A stretch of 64,000 nucleotides of DNA from Octopus vulgaris (Eukaryota): NCBI GenBank assembly GCA_951406725.2, contig OX597831.1, positions 70,928,001 through 70,992,000 of the forward strand. Direction: 5' to 3'. The notes below the pieces were generated by a model. The model was not told the origin of the DNA. It made no database searches and was given only the letters and a program-made list of their open reading frames with translations. The translations under genes were made by a program, and so were the position numbers. Shown here in pieces: positions 13,599-26,892 of this stretch. Every line of letters starts with the position of its first letter. Position 1 is the first letter of the stretch.

Positions 13599-14445
13599 CT
13601 AGCTGACATACCCATTAATTCCCAGGAAAGTGGGGCATATCTCTTGGTTCCGTTTTCATAATTGTTTCACTAATACAGTAACAACATTACGAAGTATGTA
13701 GCCCTTAAAACGTTTTTTGTGAATTTAAAGAGAATACTGAACTGTCTTACACATGATCTTGTTTTTAGGAATTCCCAATAATTTATGAATATCCAAATTG
13801 TGAGGTCAGTTATGTAATATGAAATTAGTTACCCGATAGTAAGAATTCAAATAAAGTAGCCCCATAAAGGGCCTTAATGCGTTCCCAGAGTATATAGAAC
13901 ATAGGTGGAAATACTAATAAGGTATGTATACTAAAATCGTGAAGCATGTTACGTAATAATAGACTAATCAGATATGAGATAATAATAATTTAAAGTAAAT
14001 AACTCTGAAAAGGGCTTTTATGCATTCCCAGAGAATGTTATTCTCCAGGGCGTTAGTGTTGGCATATTCATGAATAAGTCACTAACCAAAATAAGTGGAT
14101 CTATTGTTTAGGTAATACTATTTACTTGTTTAAGGGTTGTACTGGATAAATTGTGAAAATAACAGACTGTTATTTTAATAAGAAATAAGCATACTCAATT
14201 TGATTTATACCAAATAATTTAGGAAAATGAATGGGTTATTTCCCTTGGCTATATATAAGGATCCCTTCCAGGGGCCCTATTATTGATTTTTTTTTTTCAA
14301 ACAATCCCTGTATGCTTTGAGGTTTCCAGACATGAGTTCTTCTCACGTGTCAAGTTTCATCATAATCCATAAAATGATGTAGGAGGAGTTAGCTAACAGC
14401 TCCACAAATATACCCACAGACAGAATTTCCCACATATGTGGTAGA
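13599..14445 (-). mobile_element. Non-autonomous Helitron-like element
   Basis: Minus strand begins A|TC (TCTACCACATATGTGGG...) and ends with a decayed hairpin (cctgggaattaatggg) followed by CTAG|T. Confidence 0.6.
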
Positions 14446-14562
14446 TATATATCATCATTATCATCATCACCGTTGTTGCCATCATCAATTTAACATGTGT
14501 TTCTATGCTTGCATAATGAGTCAGATGGAATTCATTGATGCAGATTTTTCTACAGCCATATA

Positions 14563-15828
14563 CGAGGGGCGTTCAATAAGTAATGCCCCTGACCCACTTC
14601 CCATTGCAGTAGAGCAACGAAACTTGGCACAGTTATTAGTCTTTTTTTACATAGGAACCACCCAGAGTTATGCATTTCTCCCATCGTATGATACAGCTCT
14701 GGAGACCGTTTTTGTAGAAGACCCCAGTTTGGTCCTCCAACCACGATGTGACTTCAGAAATCAAGGCTGCATCATATGGGAAACGCTTTCCTTTCAAAAA
14801 CAACTTCATGGCTGGGAAGAGGTGAAAATCAGAGGGTGCAAGGTCAGGAGCGTAGGGGGGTGGGGGAGGAGTTCATAGCCTGTGCTTCTGATCTGGCGAC
14901 AAGCGAGGTGTGGACCGGAGCGTTGTCCTGCAGGAGGAGGATGCCTTTGCTGATCTTGCCCCGCCTCTTGATTTTGATAGCTTCTCTTAATTTCTTCAAA
15001 AGTGAAGCATAATAGACTCCTGTAATTGTGGTACCCTTTGCCAGGAAATCTGTCATCACTACTCCGTCCTGGTCCCAGAAGACTGTGAGCATGACCTTGC
15101 CAGCGGAGGGCTGCACCCTTGCCTTCTTTGGAGGAGGTGAGTCACGGTGCTTCCACTGCATTGACTGGGCTTTAGTCTCTGGATCATAGTGATGGACCCA
15201 GGTTTCATCCTGTGTAATCAGTCTTCTGAAAAATTTTGACTCATCTTCTTGGCACATCTCCAAATTCATCCTCGAGCACTCGACACGTTCTTGCTTCTGG
15301 GAAGGTGTGAGCAGCCAGGGAATCCATCTGGCAGACACCTTTTGCATATGCAAATGGTCATGAATGATAGTTTCCACAGACCTGGTACTAATCTTGACCT
15401 CATGGGCTATTTGGCGAATAGTTATGCGTCGATCTTCCAAAATGGCAGCCTCAACTTGACGGACAGATGCCTCATCAATGATCTGGGAGCTGTTTCCACA
15501 GAGTTCCGACCATGTTTAAATTCACAATGCCATGGTTTTATAAGGTCATATGATGGGGCATCATCACCATATGTTACTTTCATTTCATCAAAAGTCTCCC
15601 GTGGTGTGCGTCCTTTCAAATACAAAAACCGGATCACTGTTCCACACTCAACAGGCTCCATTTCACACTTGACTCTGTTCAAACACCTGTAAATCAGAAA
15701 CCACAATTAGTTCAGAGCTGTAATTTGCCACTTAATCTATAGAGATATAAATAATTGCACATGCAAAATTTCAGCTAGATCAAACAAACGCAAGTGGGTC
15801 AGAAGCATTACTTATTGAACGTCCCTCG
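14563..15828 (-). mobile_element. Full-length mariner (DD34D) transposon, 1266 bp
   Basis: ~37-bp TIRs cgagggRcgttcaataagtaatgcYYctgacccactt (3 mismatches); TA at 14561-62 and 15829-30. Confidence 0.95.
14636..15661 (-). pseudogene. Mariner transposase, frameshifted (about two breaks)
   Basis: MEPVECGTVIRFLYLKG...; RWIPWLLT; ITQDETWVHHYDPE; LLQDNAPVH; HPPYAPDLAPSDFHLF; ends GSYVKKD*. Confidence 0.92.
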
Positions 15829-15867
15829 TACTATTCCTGTCATATATGTGTGTGTGTGTGAGTGCAT

Positions 15868-15918
<51 letters not shown>

Positions 15919-16065
15919 TATATATACAATGGGCTTGTTTCAGTTACCAAATCCACTCCCAGAGCTTTGGTTATTTCAGGGCTATAGTAGATGACACATG
16001 CTCAAGGTGACACACTGTGATTGGGAAGCAAAATTAACTAAACAGATATACCTGCACCTCAATGC

Positions 16066-16096
<31 letters not shown>

Positions 16097-16249
16097 GATA
16101 TATATATACATACACATCACTAAAGTGACCGAGGGCACTAGTTAGCACTAGTATTGCTAGAAATAAGAGTTGTGCAGAGTTCAACAGTTCAACTCAAGGA
16201 GATTACTGGTAAAAAGAGTTTGAATGAAAGGGAGATGATGATAATAATA

Positions 16250-16280
<31 letters not shown>

Positions 16281-16549
16281 TATAACGGTGACCCCAATGA
16301 ACTAAGGTATGCAATGCATGTGTGTATGTGAGAATGGTGTATGTGAGTGTGTATGTTATATTATATTCATAGTATTTAATGTAATATTGTAATACAAATA
16401 AATCATTGGATAGTCAATAGTATATCTCTATATTTAATTCATCTTTATAATTGAATTATACCAATATTTGTATGGTATCCAACTGAAGTGAATTGGATGT
16501 TTAACACACCCCTTTGAAGGATTTCTTTTCCTCTGTTTGTTACTTTAGA

Positions 16550-16609
<60 letters not shown>

Positions 16610-16699
16610 TATCCTTGAGGCTATCTTAGAAACAAGGTGCATGAAACCATCAACTTGATTGATATGATCTCTGCAAATGCTTGTAATAAATCCTTGTTG

Positions 16700-17220
16700 A
16701 TTGTGAGCCAGAGTGTGGTTGGTTCTAAACAAACTGGATGTTGTCTGGAAATCAACCCTGTCAGACAACCTTAAGAGGAATTTTTTCCTTGCAACAGTAG
16801 AATCAGTCCTTTTATATGAAGCAACAGCCTGGATACTTGCCAAAAAAACTGGAATCCAAGTGAGATGGAACTTACACTCAAACGTTAAGAGCAGTCTTAA
16901 ACATATTTTTGAGAACTCACCCAACCAAGAAACAGCTGTATGGAGATTTCCTGCTTGTTTCCATCATTGTAAGGGAAAGGCACTTGTGCTTTGCCACAGA
17001 TCGCTGATGAGCTGAATAAGAATTGGCAAGTGACCTACTGCTATGGATGCCAATGCATGTCCGTACTTGCGCTGGTCATCCAAACATAATGTATGTAGAT
17101 CAACTCACCAGAGACACTGGACACTTCCTTGAAGATCTCCCTCAACTAATGCATTACTAAGAGGGATGGAGCGTGGAGGCTAAGACTGTCTGAGTTAGCT
17201 CGACCAGATGATGATGATAA
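16700..17220 (+). mobile_element. RTE/RTE-X LINE 3' fragment with (GAT)n tail
   Basis: LNKLDVVWKSTLSDNLKRNFFLATVESVLLY...YVDQLTRDTG; ends gaccagatgatgatgat. Confidence 0.8.
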
Positions 17221-17519
17221 GTATACATAAGTGGGAGGGGGCAGTAAAATCATCATCATCATCATCACTTTCCAGTACTTACATGGTAGGTTTTCTACAG
17301 CTGATTACCCATCCTGGTGCCAACCTTCACTTGTTTCTAAGATAATATTTTCCCATGACCAGATATGTTTCTGTGGAAGTTTTGAAATAAAGGTCACCAC
17401 TTGTATTCAACATTCACTTTTATATGATGTGAAGGCAAGGAAACAATAATACACACACACACACACACACACATAAGTATTAGTAATAATAATAATTATT
17501 AATATAAATAATAATAACA

Positions 17520-18134
17520 AATAGGCCAGACATTATATTGAAGGATTTCAGACAAAAATCATACCTCCTCAACACTATGACTGTCCCAATCAACATAAAT
17601 GTATCTGTCAAGACCTACCAAAAACTGAACAAGTATAAAGATCTTGAAATAGAAATTGACAAAATGTGGAACCTCAAGACTAAAACAATACCTGTTGTCA
17701 TAGGTGCCCTGGGAATGATAGCAAAAGGGGCTGATTGCTACCTAACTCATATACCAGGAAACCCCAAAATGGTAGAAATTCGAAAGATAGTGCTCATGGG
17801 AACTGCTCATATCCTTTGAAAAATATTGTCTGTGTGATCCTAAAAATATTTTCATCTGTAAACATTGTCAAAAGTACTTTTAAATATACATAATAGCAAA
17901 AATCTTTTACTGTCACCTTAATGTCACACTATCATCTTATAATCAAATTACTTTTATTTTGAATTTCTAATTTTGTTATTTTTTGATAGACATTCTCTAG
18001 AAAAATACTCTGTGCAAAACCCAAAATATGGCACCCTAATCATAACACCGACTCAAACTTCCAGCTTGTCTCTTGAGGTCTCTGGATGAGACTTGGAATC
18101 AACTTGTACAAATACAAAGCAAAAGCCAAACATA
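17520..18134 (+). mobile_element. R4/Dong-type non-LTR retrotransposon 3' end (restriction-like endonuclease)
   Basis: NRPDIILKD...KLNKYKDLEIEIDKMWNLKTKTIPVVIGALG...VLMGTAHIL*; flanked by (AAT)n upstream and (TAA)n at 18538-18573. Confidence 0.85.
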
Positions 18135-18537
18135 TCTCTTTTACTCTCTTACTTGTTTCAGTCATTTGACTGCGGCCATGCTAGAGCACCACCTTTAATC
18201 AAGCAACTCGACCCCGGGACTTATTCTTTTTGTAAGCCCAGTACTTATTCTATCGGTCTCTTTTGCCGAACCGCTAAGTAACGGGGATATAAACACACCA
18301 ACACACCAGCATCGGTTGTCAAGCAATGCTAGGGGGACAAACACACACACACACGCATATATATATATACTTATATACAACGGGCTTCTTTCAGTTTCCG
18401 TCTACCAAATCCACTCACAAGGCTTTGGTTGGCCCGAGGCTATAGTAGAAGATACTTGCCCAAGGTGCCACGCAGTGGGACTGAACCCGGAACCATGTGG
18501 TTGGTAAACAAGCTACTTACCACACAGCCACTCCTGC
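18135..18537 (-). mobile_element. SINE family A, full length, inserted at the R4/Dong tail
   Basis: Near-identical to 6997-7391. Confidence 0.9.
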
Positions 18538-18573
<36 letters not shown>

Positions 18574-18821
18574 GAGGTGTTACCTTAGTTCACTGGTAGT
18601 GAACAGCTGACACTGTAGCACACCTCCAGCGTTAGAAGCTGTGCAAAGGCAACAACAATAATGATAATCATACCCAATGGAAGAATTCACAAATTGACTA
18701 ACAAAGTATTGAAGACACAAACCTTGGATTCTGACCGTTGTGGTTAGCCAACATCTGGAACCCATCTGATAGCTAACACAGTATCCCCTCGGATAATATA
18801 TTCCTCCTAACCCATATATAC

Positions 18822-18856
<35 letters not shown>

Positions 18857-19390
18857 AACTTAGATAAACTTAGATATGTTTCGACCAAAGATTGGTCCAG
18901 GCCATGTCTAACTTAATAGCACCACCTGATAGGATTATTCGAATCCTGTTTAAGTCAAGTTTTGTTCAAGTAGTGAGTTCTTGTTGGGTGAGTTGTATCC
19001 AGTTTTGTTCAAGTAGTGAGTTCTTGTTGGGTGAGTTGTATCCAATTATGGGTGGCTTATCTGGTATTCTTTGAAGGAATCTATCCAGACTCTGTTTAAA
19101 GTTGATGGGATCCTTTTCCTCTTTGATCTCTCTTGGGACAATGTTAAATAGGGCAGGGCCTGTTGAGGAAAAGAAATTATGTTGCAGTGTACATGTATGT
19201 TGTGATCTTGAATTGGGCAGGGGACGTATAGCCCGTGGTCCAATTCTTGGATGAACCTTGAAGCTAATGTTTAGGTCGTTTGGGCAAAGTTGGCGGTATA
19301 TTTTCCACATCGTACAAATGATGTACCGCTCACGGCGACACTGGAGGGAGAAAAGTTTCAAGACTTTAAGGCGATCCCAATAATCGAGAG
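18857..19390 (-). mobile_element. CR1/L2-group LINE 3' fragment
   Basis: LDYWDRLKVLKLFSLQCRRERY...GPALFNIVP...FKQSLDRFLQRIPDKP; 43-bp-period duplication at 18967-19044; (ATCTAAGTTT)2 tail. Confidence 0.8.
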
Positions 19391-19502
19391 CATATATATA
19401 TATAGTTAATCCAAACAAGAAAGCACAAAAATACACAACAACGTGAGGACATGGAACAAATATAGTATTATTGGACGCTGAGGAAAGAAGGAAAGAAGGA
19501 GG

Positions 19503-19537
19503 GTTTAACATTTCGAGCAGAGCTCTTCGTCGGAAAC
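19503..19537 (-). ncRNA. Putative minimal hammerhead (core CCGACGA) in a TA-flanked insert (19404-19610)
   Basis: gttt CCGACGA A GAGC tct GCTC GAAA tgT T aaac. Confidence 0.55.
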
Positions 19538-19606
19538 ATAGGAGGAAAGATCCAGAGAAGGGAAGACAGAGGAAAAAAAATCGCCAACGGTACATACCAT
19601 GTCTAT

Positions 19607-19712
<106 letters not shown>

Positions 19713-20457
19713 GTCTATATAATTTAGGCGATAAGTACAATCCAGGTAATCATTTTATCAGCACTATATGTTGGAACCTGGCTACTGTAGTGATCCAATA
19801 AATGAAGAAAGATCACAAATACTTCAGTTAATGATAAAAGGAACAATTTGCAAATCCAAGGTACGCATATCCAGTAGGCGTGTTATAATCCTTTCAGAGC
19901 GAATAATAATTAATTTAATTTGAAGGGTAGTGAAGGCCAAGCAATGCTGTTTACATGTCTGTAAATGAATGCCATTTATTTCATATTATGTACAAAGTTA
20001 TGCAGCATATGCAACATATTGTAATAACATTGTCATTCACTTACTTCCTTACATATCCTGATTTGAATCACAATCAACAAATGAAATTGACCTGCAACAC
20101 AGGGAAAATTTTCATCATTTCATAGGTGCATCAACAATATGCAAATAGATTAAATGTATATAATTTTTCATCAACAAAAGCTCCTAGCATATTATTTGTC
20201 ACATAAGATTTAAGTCAATTGCTCAAAAGCAAAAGAAAATCAGTTAAATATTTCTTCATTCTTCAAAGCATATTCTACTCAGCGATAATTCAGTCATTAT
20301 TATGACCAGTTTGGCAACATTAGTCAATTAACAGTCAAGCCAGACAGGGTCAGTTTTGATAATAAACAATAACAAAAAAGATAAAAATTAACAATGTTGT
20401 CCATTAACTACCAATATGTTTCATTCTCTCATTCCTCTTTCCCTCTTTTTTCACTCA

Positions 20458-20516
<59 letters not shown>

Positions 20517-20949
20517 CTAAATATATAAAACTTCAATTATCCGCACTAAAGCACGGGGGTGAAACCCCATGGTCGTAACCTCAACCGTGTCTTTTCTGGT
20601 GTGATTTTTGCTACACAGGTATCGGTTAAATTTTGAATAATCCGTAACAAGATAATTCATTTATCCATTTCATTAAATATATATATATGTATGTATATAT
20701 ATATGTATGTATATATATATATGTATGTATATACACATACAAACACATATTCACATAATTTTTCACACACTTATACATACACATACAAACAAACATGTGC
20801 ACATACACACACACATATATATATATGCATACACTTTTACACATGTGCATATATGTGTGTATGTGTGTGTGTGTGTGTGTCTACTCACACATCCATGCAT
20901 ATATAAAAAAGATAGTACACACAACACCCTTCAACACACACACACATAC

Positions 20950-21460
20950 ATCATCCTCATCATCGTTTCCATACTGGCATGGGTTGGATGCTTTGACTGA
21001 GGTCTGGCGTGCCAGTTGCTGCAACAGGCTCCAATCTGATCTGGAAATGTTTCTACAGCTGGATGCCTTTCCTAACACCAATCACCCAATCACTCTGAGA
21101 GTGTAGTGGGTGCTTTTTACATGCCACCAGCACAGGAGTCAGTCAGGCAGGCTTGGCATCGATCACATTCGGATAGTGCTTTTTACATGCCACCAGCTCA
21201 GTGTCCAGTCAGTGGGTACTGGCATTCGGATGGAGCCAGTCAGTGGTACTAGCATCAGCCACGTTCAGATGGTGCTTTTAATATGCCACTGGCATGGAGG
21301 CCAGCCGAGTGGTCCTGGCATCAATCACATTTGAATAGTGCTTTTTACATTCCACCAGCATGGGAGCCAGTCAGGAAATATAGGTATCAGCCACATTTGG
21401 ATGGTGCTTTTTACATGCAACTGGCATGGGAGCCAGTCAGGGGCACTGGCACAGCTACAA
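20950..21460 (-). mobile_element. Family B repeat with expanded ~66-bp internal tandem array
   Basis: Five units starting gtgcttttWacatgcc near 21110, 21176, 21272, 21338 and 21404. Confidence 0.8.
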
Positions 21461-21579
21461 TATTGGTTTTACTTGATCAATACATATCCACACACATATA
21501 TATACTTACACACACAACTAACATACAGTTAAATACAATGCATACACAATATATATGTGCATCCAAATATTGAGGTACA

Positions 21580-21727
21580 TGGTGTTAGGAAGGGCATCCA
21601 GCTGTAGAAACTCTGCCAAATCAAGATTGGAGCCTGGTACAACCACCTGGTTCACCAGCCCTCAGTGAAAATCGTCCAACCCATTCTAGCATGGAAAGCA
21701 GACGTTAAACAATGATGATGATGATGT
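21580..21727 (+). mobile_element. Family B 3' tail
   Basis: ggtgttaggaagggcatccagc...ggaaagcagacgttaaacaatgatgatgat. Confidence 0.8.
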
Positions 21728-21879
21728 TGTATGTACACACATACATATCCCAGCATATATATGCATTGTTATGCTTAGCCATTCTGTTTAGATAATCTTA
21801 CCATTACCAAATCTCACCAGTTTTCATCTTGTCCTTTGTACATGAACAGGATAATGGCCAGGCATGCTTCCATGATATA

Positions 21880-22135
21880 CTGACTCTCTCTCTATCCACT
21901 CAGTCGAAGTCAACTCTCGGTCACTCATTGGATCAGTGTCCTTCAGTCAGTTCTATCCTGGGCCACTTCTTTCAGATTGGCTATGTCCATTCTGGTATCA
22001 CTCTTGATGGTGTCAAGCCAGCGGGTTCTTAATCGGCCTCTTCCTCTCTTGCCACAGACCATTCCGAGCATGATGTCCTTCTTCAGGGATTTTCTCCACA
22101 TAATATGACCGAAATATGCCAATCTATGACAGTAA
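21880..22135 (-). mobile_element. RTE (BovB-like) LINE 3' fragment
   Basis: LAYFGHIMWRKSLKKDIMLGMVCGKRGRGRLRTRWLDTIK...AQDR. Confidence 0.85.
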
Positions 22136-22501
22136 GCAATATTGCTTATATGAGATGTCGTTCGTTTACAATTAGCAAGTGTTATCAGTGCAAGGAAACA
22201 CAAATACAATGACATTTACACATGCATACATGCACACACACAAACACACACTTACATATGTGCATATGCATCAAGTGTTTTTTTAAATTTCTGTCCACCC
22301 AAGCCACTCGTAAGTCTTTGGTCAGCTCAAGGCTAAAGTAGAAACACTGTGCAGTACAATGGAATTGAACCCAAAGTCAATTAGTTACGAAGTAAACTTG
22401 TTATGCTTCAAATTACATTTGTGCCAATACTTACATGTGCTTATATGTATATACATACATATGTGTATTGATATACCCTTATACATATATATATATATAT
22501 T

Positions 22502-22550
<49 letters not shown>

Positions 22551-22562
22551 GTTTATATATTT

Positions 22563-22940
<378 letters not shown>

Positions 22941-22989
22941 AGAAGGAAGGTATGCACAGGTGGACTGACTACGTCCCAGGTAGGGGCCA

Positions 22990-23073
<84 letters not shown>

Positions 23074-24848
23074 GTATAAGGGTATATCTATACACATATA
23101 TATGAATGTGTATGTGAATGTATGTGTACTATAGAGTTATTCCCATTATACATATTAATTTAAAAAGTTGGTATATCTGAATGATTATATGAAGTGTTAG
23201 GCCTGGAATATTTGAATGAAAGCCATATTAAAAAGAAATTTTGGGCGGCAACACTTAGAGATATGTGCAAAATAAATCAAATCATTAAATTAAGTATCTG
23301 GAAGCAGTGAAATAAAGGAATCAGTTAGAATCTAGATGTTATGAGATTAAGTTATGGGTAAGTTAAATGAATTATGAAAATCTACGGGGGGAATAATATT
23401 TAGCGAAATTAGTTCAGCAATTAGAATATATAGCCGGGGATAAGTTCAACAATTTTTATAAGGAAGGTGTTTATCTATCTATATAAGCAGTTTAATTATT
23501 GATTTATTCATTTTCCTATAAAGAAGCAATGCATATTAAACTTATTCCTTTCTTTTATTTTTTCTCTTCTTTCTCACTTAAGTATCATTGTAGTAATATG
23601 ACTCTCGATACTATATTATTAATGCATTTAATGTTTCATGTTTTCTACTAGTTCCAAATCCAAAGGATGGTCTCTGACTATATGTTGTAAGTCTTCAGTG
23701 ATAGTAATGGAACTGAAGACACACAATCAGTTAATTATCCAAGTAGCTGTATTCCTTTTTTTTTTAATTCAGGATAATAGAACAAGTTAAACAGCTAGAA
23801 AAGGGTTTAAGTGACTATATAGCTAAATTATGTTACATGGTCTAAAGATATATTTACATTATATAGCAATATAGATGTTATGTTTTAAAAATCTAATAAA
23901 CTTAACTGAGAGGTTAGAGGAAGAGAAAAATTACATACTTTACCTTGAATGTATAAGGTCTACAAGAAGTTAAAAATATCAAGCTATCACTGCTTCTGAA
24001 TTGAGGAATTTAAATATAGAGAAAAGGAGAAATCAGGAAATAATAAAGTTTTATTATATAATGATAGGGTTGAATATATAAAGAATAAAATTCAATAATA
24101 TGATAGCTAGTATATATTATCAATAAAATTCTACATTATCATTGCATTGAAATTTGCTCAATGGAAATTCATTTCATGTTTCGACTAACTCACTAATGGA
24201 TGCAACAAATCATTGCATACACTTGGAGCTAAAAGAATGATTATTCACTGAGATGTTATATAAGTTTTATATAAAATAATGTGACAACAACAAAAATTAG
24301 CCTTTTTTTTTTACCTTTGATGGATTTTACAAAAATGTTTACATTAACTTAGACTTTAGAATCATTTTTTATAAAACTAATTTTTTTCTGTTTAAGAAAT
24401 ATATTATTTGCCTTATTTGTTTTCAAATTAAAATTGTCTGATTTATGTATACAACAGAAAAATTTAGTGAAACATTATCTAATAACATAATTATTAGAGT
24501 GATTTGTGGATATATTAATTATGCTCATAAGTAAATCTGCCACTCCCTATTCATAATTTAGTCTATTAGAACTTTTGTCTTTCTTTCCTCCAGACAGTCC
24601 AAAATAATGTGGAGCGGAATGGTGACTGGAAAAATATACTCGTTCCTTTTGAGTGTCATTGAATCGATAGTTTATTTTACATAATCAGATATACAGGAAT
24701 ATATTCTTCATCTGAAAAACCATTTTAGTTGGTTTGTGAGAAGGAATAACAGTTATAGACAGATGAACATATAGGTTTACTTTCACATAAGTGTGTAGAG
24801 ACATATACATTTATAGACATGTATAATAGATCTAGTGACACACAGTAA

Positions 24849-24886
<38 letters not shown>

Positions 24887-24890
<4 letters not shown>

Positions 24891-25150
24891 TAAAAACGGT
24901 AAGATAACAAAAGAAAGAAAGAGACCTCAATATTATGTAAATAGAGGAAATTTATCTATAAAATATGTTACAATTATTCAATAGTCAAGATAAAACTCTG
25001 AGGTTCGGATGCCGAAGTGGAAATCCACAACACCATCTCTTCGGTTATCTGGCCAGATAAGAGATGGTGTTGTGGATTTCCACTTCGGCATCCGAACCTC
25101 AGAGTTTTATCTTGACTATTGAATAACTGTAACATATTATTTTATAGATA
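24887..25150. mobile_element. Fold-back insert in (TA)n, ~100-bp arms, with hammerhead-like motif
   Basis: Palindrome centred on tggcca (25050-25055). Minus 24988-25050: agataa CCGAAGA gatg..catc c GAAc ctcagag T T ttatct. Confidence 0.7.
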
Positions 25151-25281
25151 TATATATATATACAAACTCACATGTGTAATCAGAGAAAGGTGCATATACA
25201 AATGAACACAGACAAGTGCAAGTAGAAATTATGTATATTATGGATTAGATGGAGAAATGTCCTCATCTTGGTTGTTGCTTT

Positions 25282-25322
25282 CACTATGTTTCAGCTAAAT
25301 AAGTTCCAGCCTTCTTCAGATG
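25282..25322 (-). ncRNA. Decayed hammerhead-like motif with canonical core
   Basis: cat CTGAAGA A GGCT ggaacttattt AGCT GAAA caT A gtg. Confidence 0.45.
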
Positions 25323-26039
25323 TCTTGTGATTCACCTTATTGCTTTGCCTGGGACTGAACTCAGAACCTCTAGGTGACTGCATTGGAGCCAACTAATACA
25401 TAATATATAAAATTTCTCATCTCAGAAATACAGAATTGTATTATCCAATTGGTATGAAACTGACATATGTCATCAATGAAGGTTTATAAGCCTTACAGAA
25501 GTCTGGTGTTCTTACCATCAAGACAATCTTGAAGATTTTCCCTCATATTCTAGGTTTTAGTTCCATATCAAAGAATGATCTATAGAAATGCTCAGAGGGT
25601 CGACCTTGTTTAGTTTAGAATGTCTAGATGTTTTGTAGCTTGTTACAGTCTTTGTATGTGAGGAAATCTTTCTTACTGTCATCAACAGAGCGACCAAAAG
25701 TACTTGAAGACTCTGATTTCCATGATTTGTGTGCTTATCATTGGAATAAATTGACCGATGGATTTTTATCTTCGGTCTTCTTTGCATTGAAAAACAGATC
25801 ATTTGGCAGCAGCATTCTGAAGGAATGTTAACAATCTCCTGCATCTTATATTTCACGAGCAGATTATCAACGTTGTCAATGTCCAGAGAGACACAAATTC
25901 TCCTAACATCTTGCTTGATGTTTTGCCTGTTTTGGATAGGGTCAAGACTTTGCCTAATGGTCATAGGCCATGCCTGTCACAAAGTAAAAAAGAGTTAGTG
26001 TCTGCATGAAGGATTCCTGCTGTTGTTGGAAACTCTTTA

Positions 26040-26290
26040 GTTGGAGGGCATGTTTTCATCAACAATGGTGATGGCTTTGACAATCTCCTATGAGATAACT
26101 TGGTTGAACAGAATATGAAACATGCTCCCCTCCCCTGCTGACATTATATCAACAGCCTTCAAGAAATCCACAAATATTTTTGATGGTTTTTTTGCTTAAA
26201 GATTCTGATCTGTTCTATAATTCTTTTGAGGGCAAGAATCTGTGTAGGGTTGATCTACTTTTGCAGAAGCTGTTTCTGTGATCTTTGTAA
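26040..26290 (-). mobile_element. Degraded RTE-type RT fragment
   Basis: TQILALKRIIEQIR...IFVDFLKAVD...EIVKAI. Confidence 0.6.
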
Positions 26291-26852
26291 CTAAGGAGAT
26301 CAATAGAAGGAATACTTGATTAAAATACACAAATTCCCTTCACAGCTTTTCTTTTCACTGTATAAAAATATACATGGAACTTTGAATACTATTTGCATCA
26401 TGCATCTTAATCCACAACATACAATACATGAGTGTATTAACATGTGTGTGTGTGTGAGTGTGCAAAGGTAATATCCAAGGATCCAGGTGTAGGAAGTTAG
26501 TAAGTTTCAAGCAGTCCATAGAAGGTATGAAAACAACATACAGGAACAATCATGGTTTATCGATGTAGAAGGTTGTATATTTTTCCTATATCAAAGTTTG
26601 ATAAGCTGTGTCTTTATACCATGCAGGCATAGGTTAGGTTAGGAGGTATTTCAGGCAGGATTTTTTAGCTAGATATTCATCTTATTATTCATTCATTCCA
26701 CTCATTCATTCATTCACAAACATAGGTACATATCTCCATATATACATACTATACTATTAACGAATATAGAACTCAGCATTTGTATTATATACTGAACATT
26801 GAATTTGAAAAAGTCTACTTTGCATGAGCCATATTCAATAAAATTAACACTA

Positions 26853-26890
<38 letters not shown>

Positions 26891-26892
<2 letters not shown>

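Noticed and set aside
15249-15692. 147-aa and neighbouring plus-strand ORFs
   Set aside because: Antisense to the mariner transposase.
21107-21460. CRISPR-like repeat/spacer appearance
   Set aside because: Repeats are degenerate, spacers are homologous to each other, there are no cas genes, and the context is a eukaryotic retroposon.
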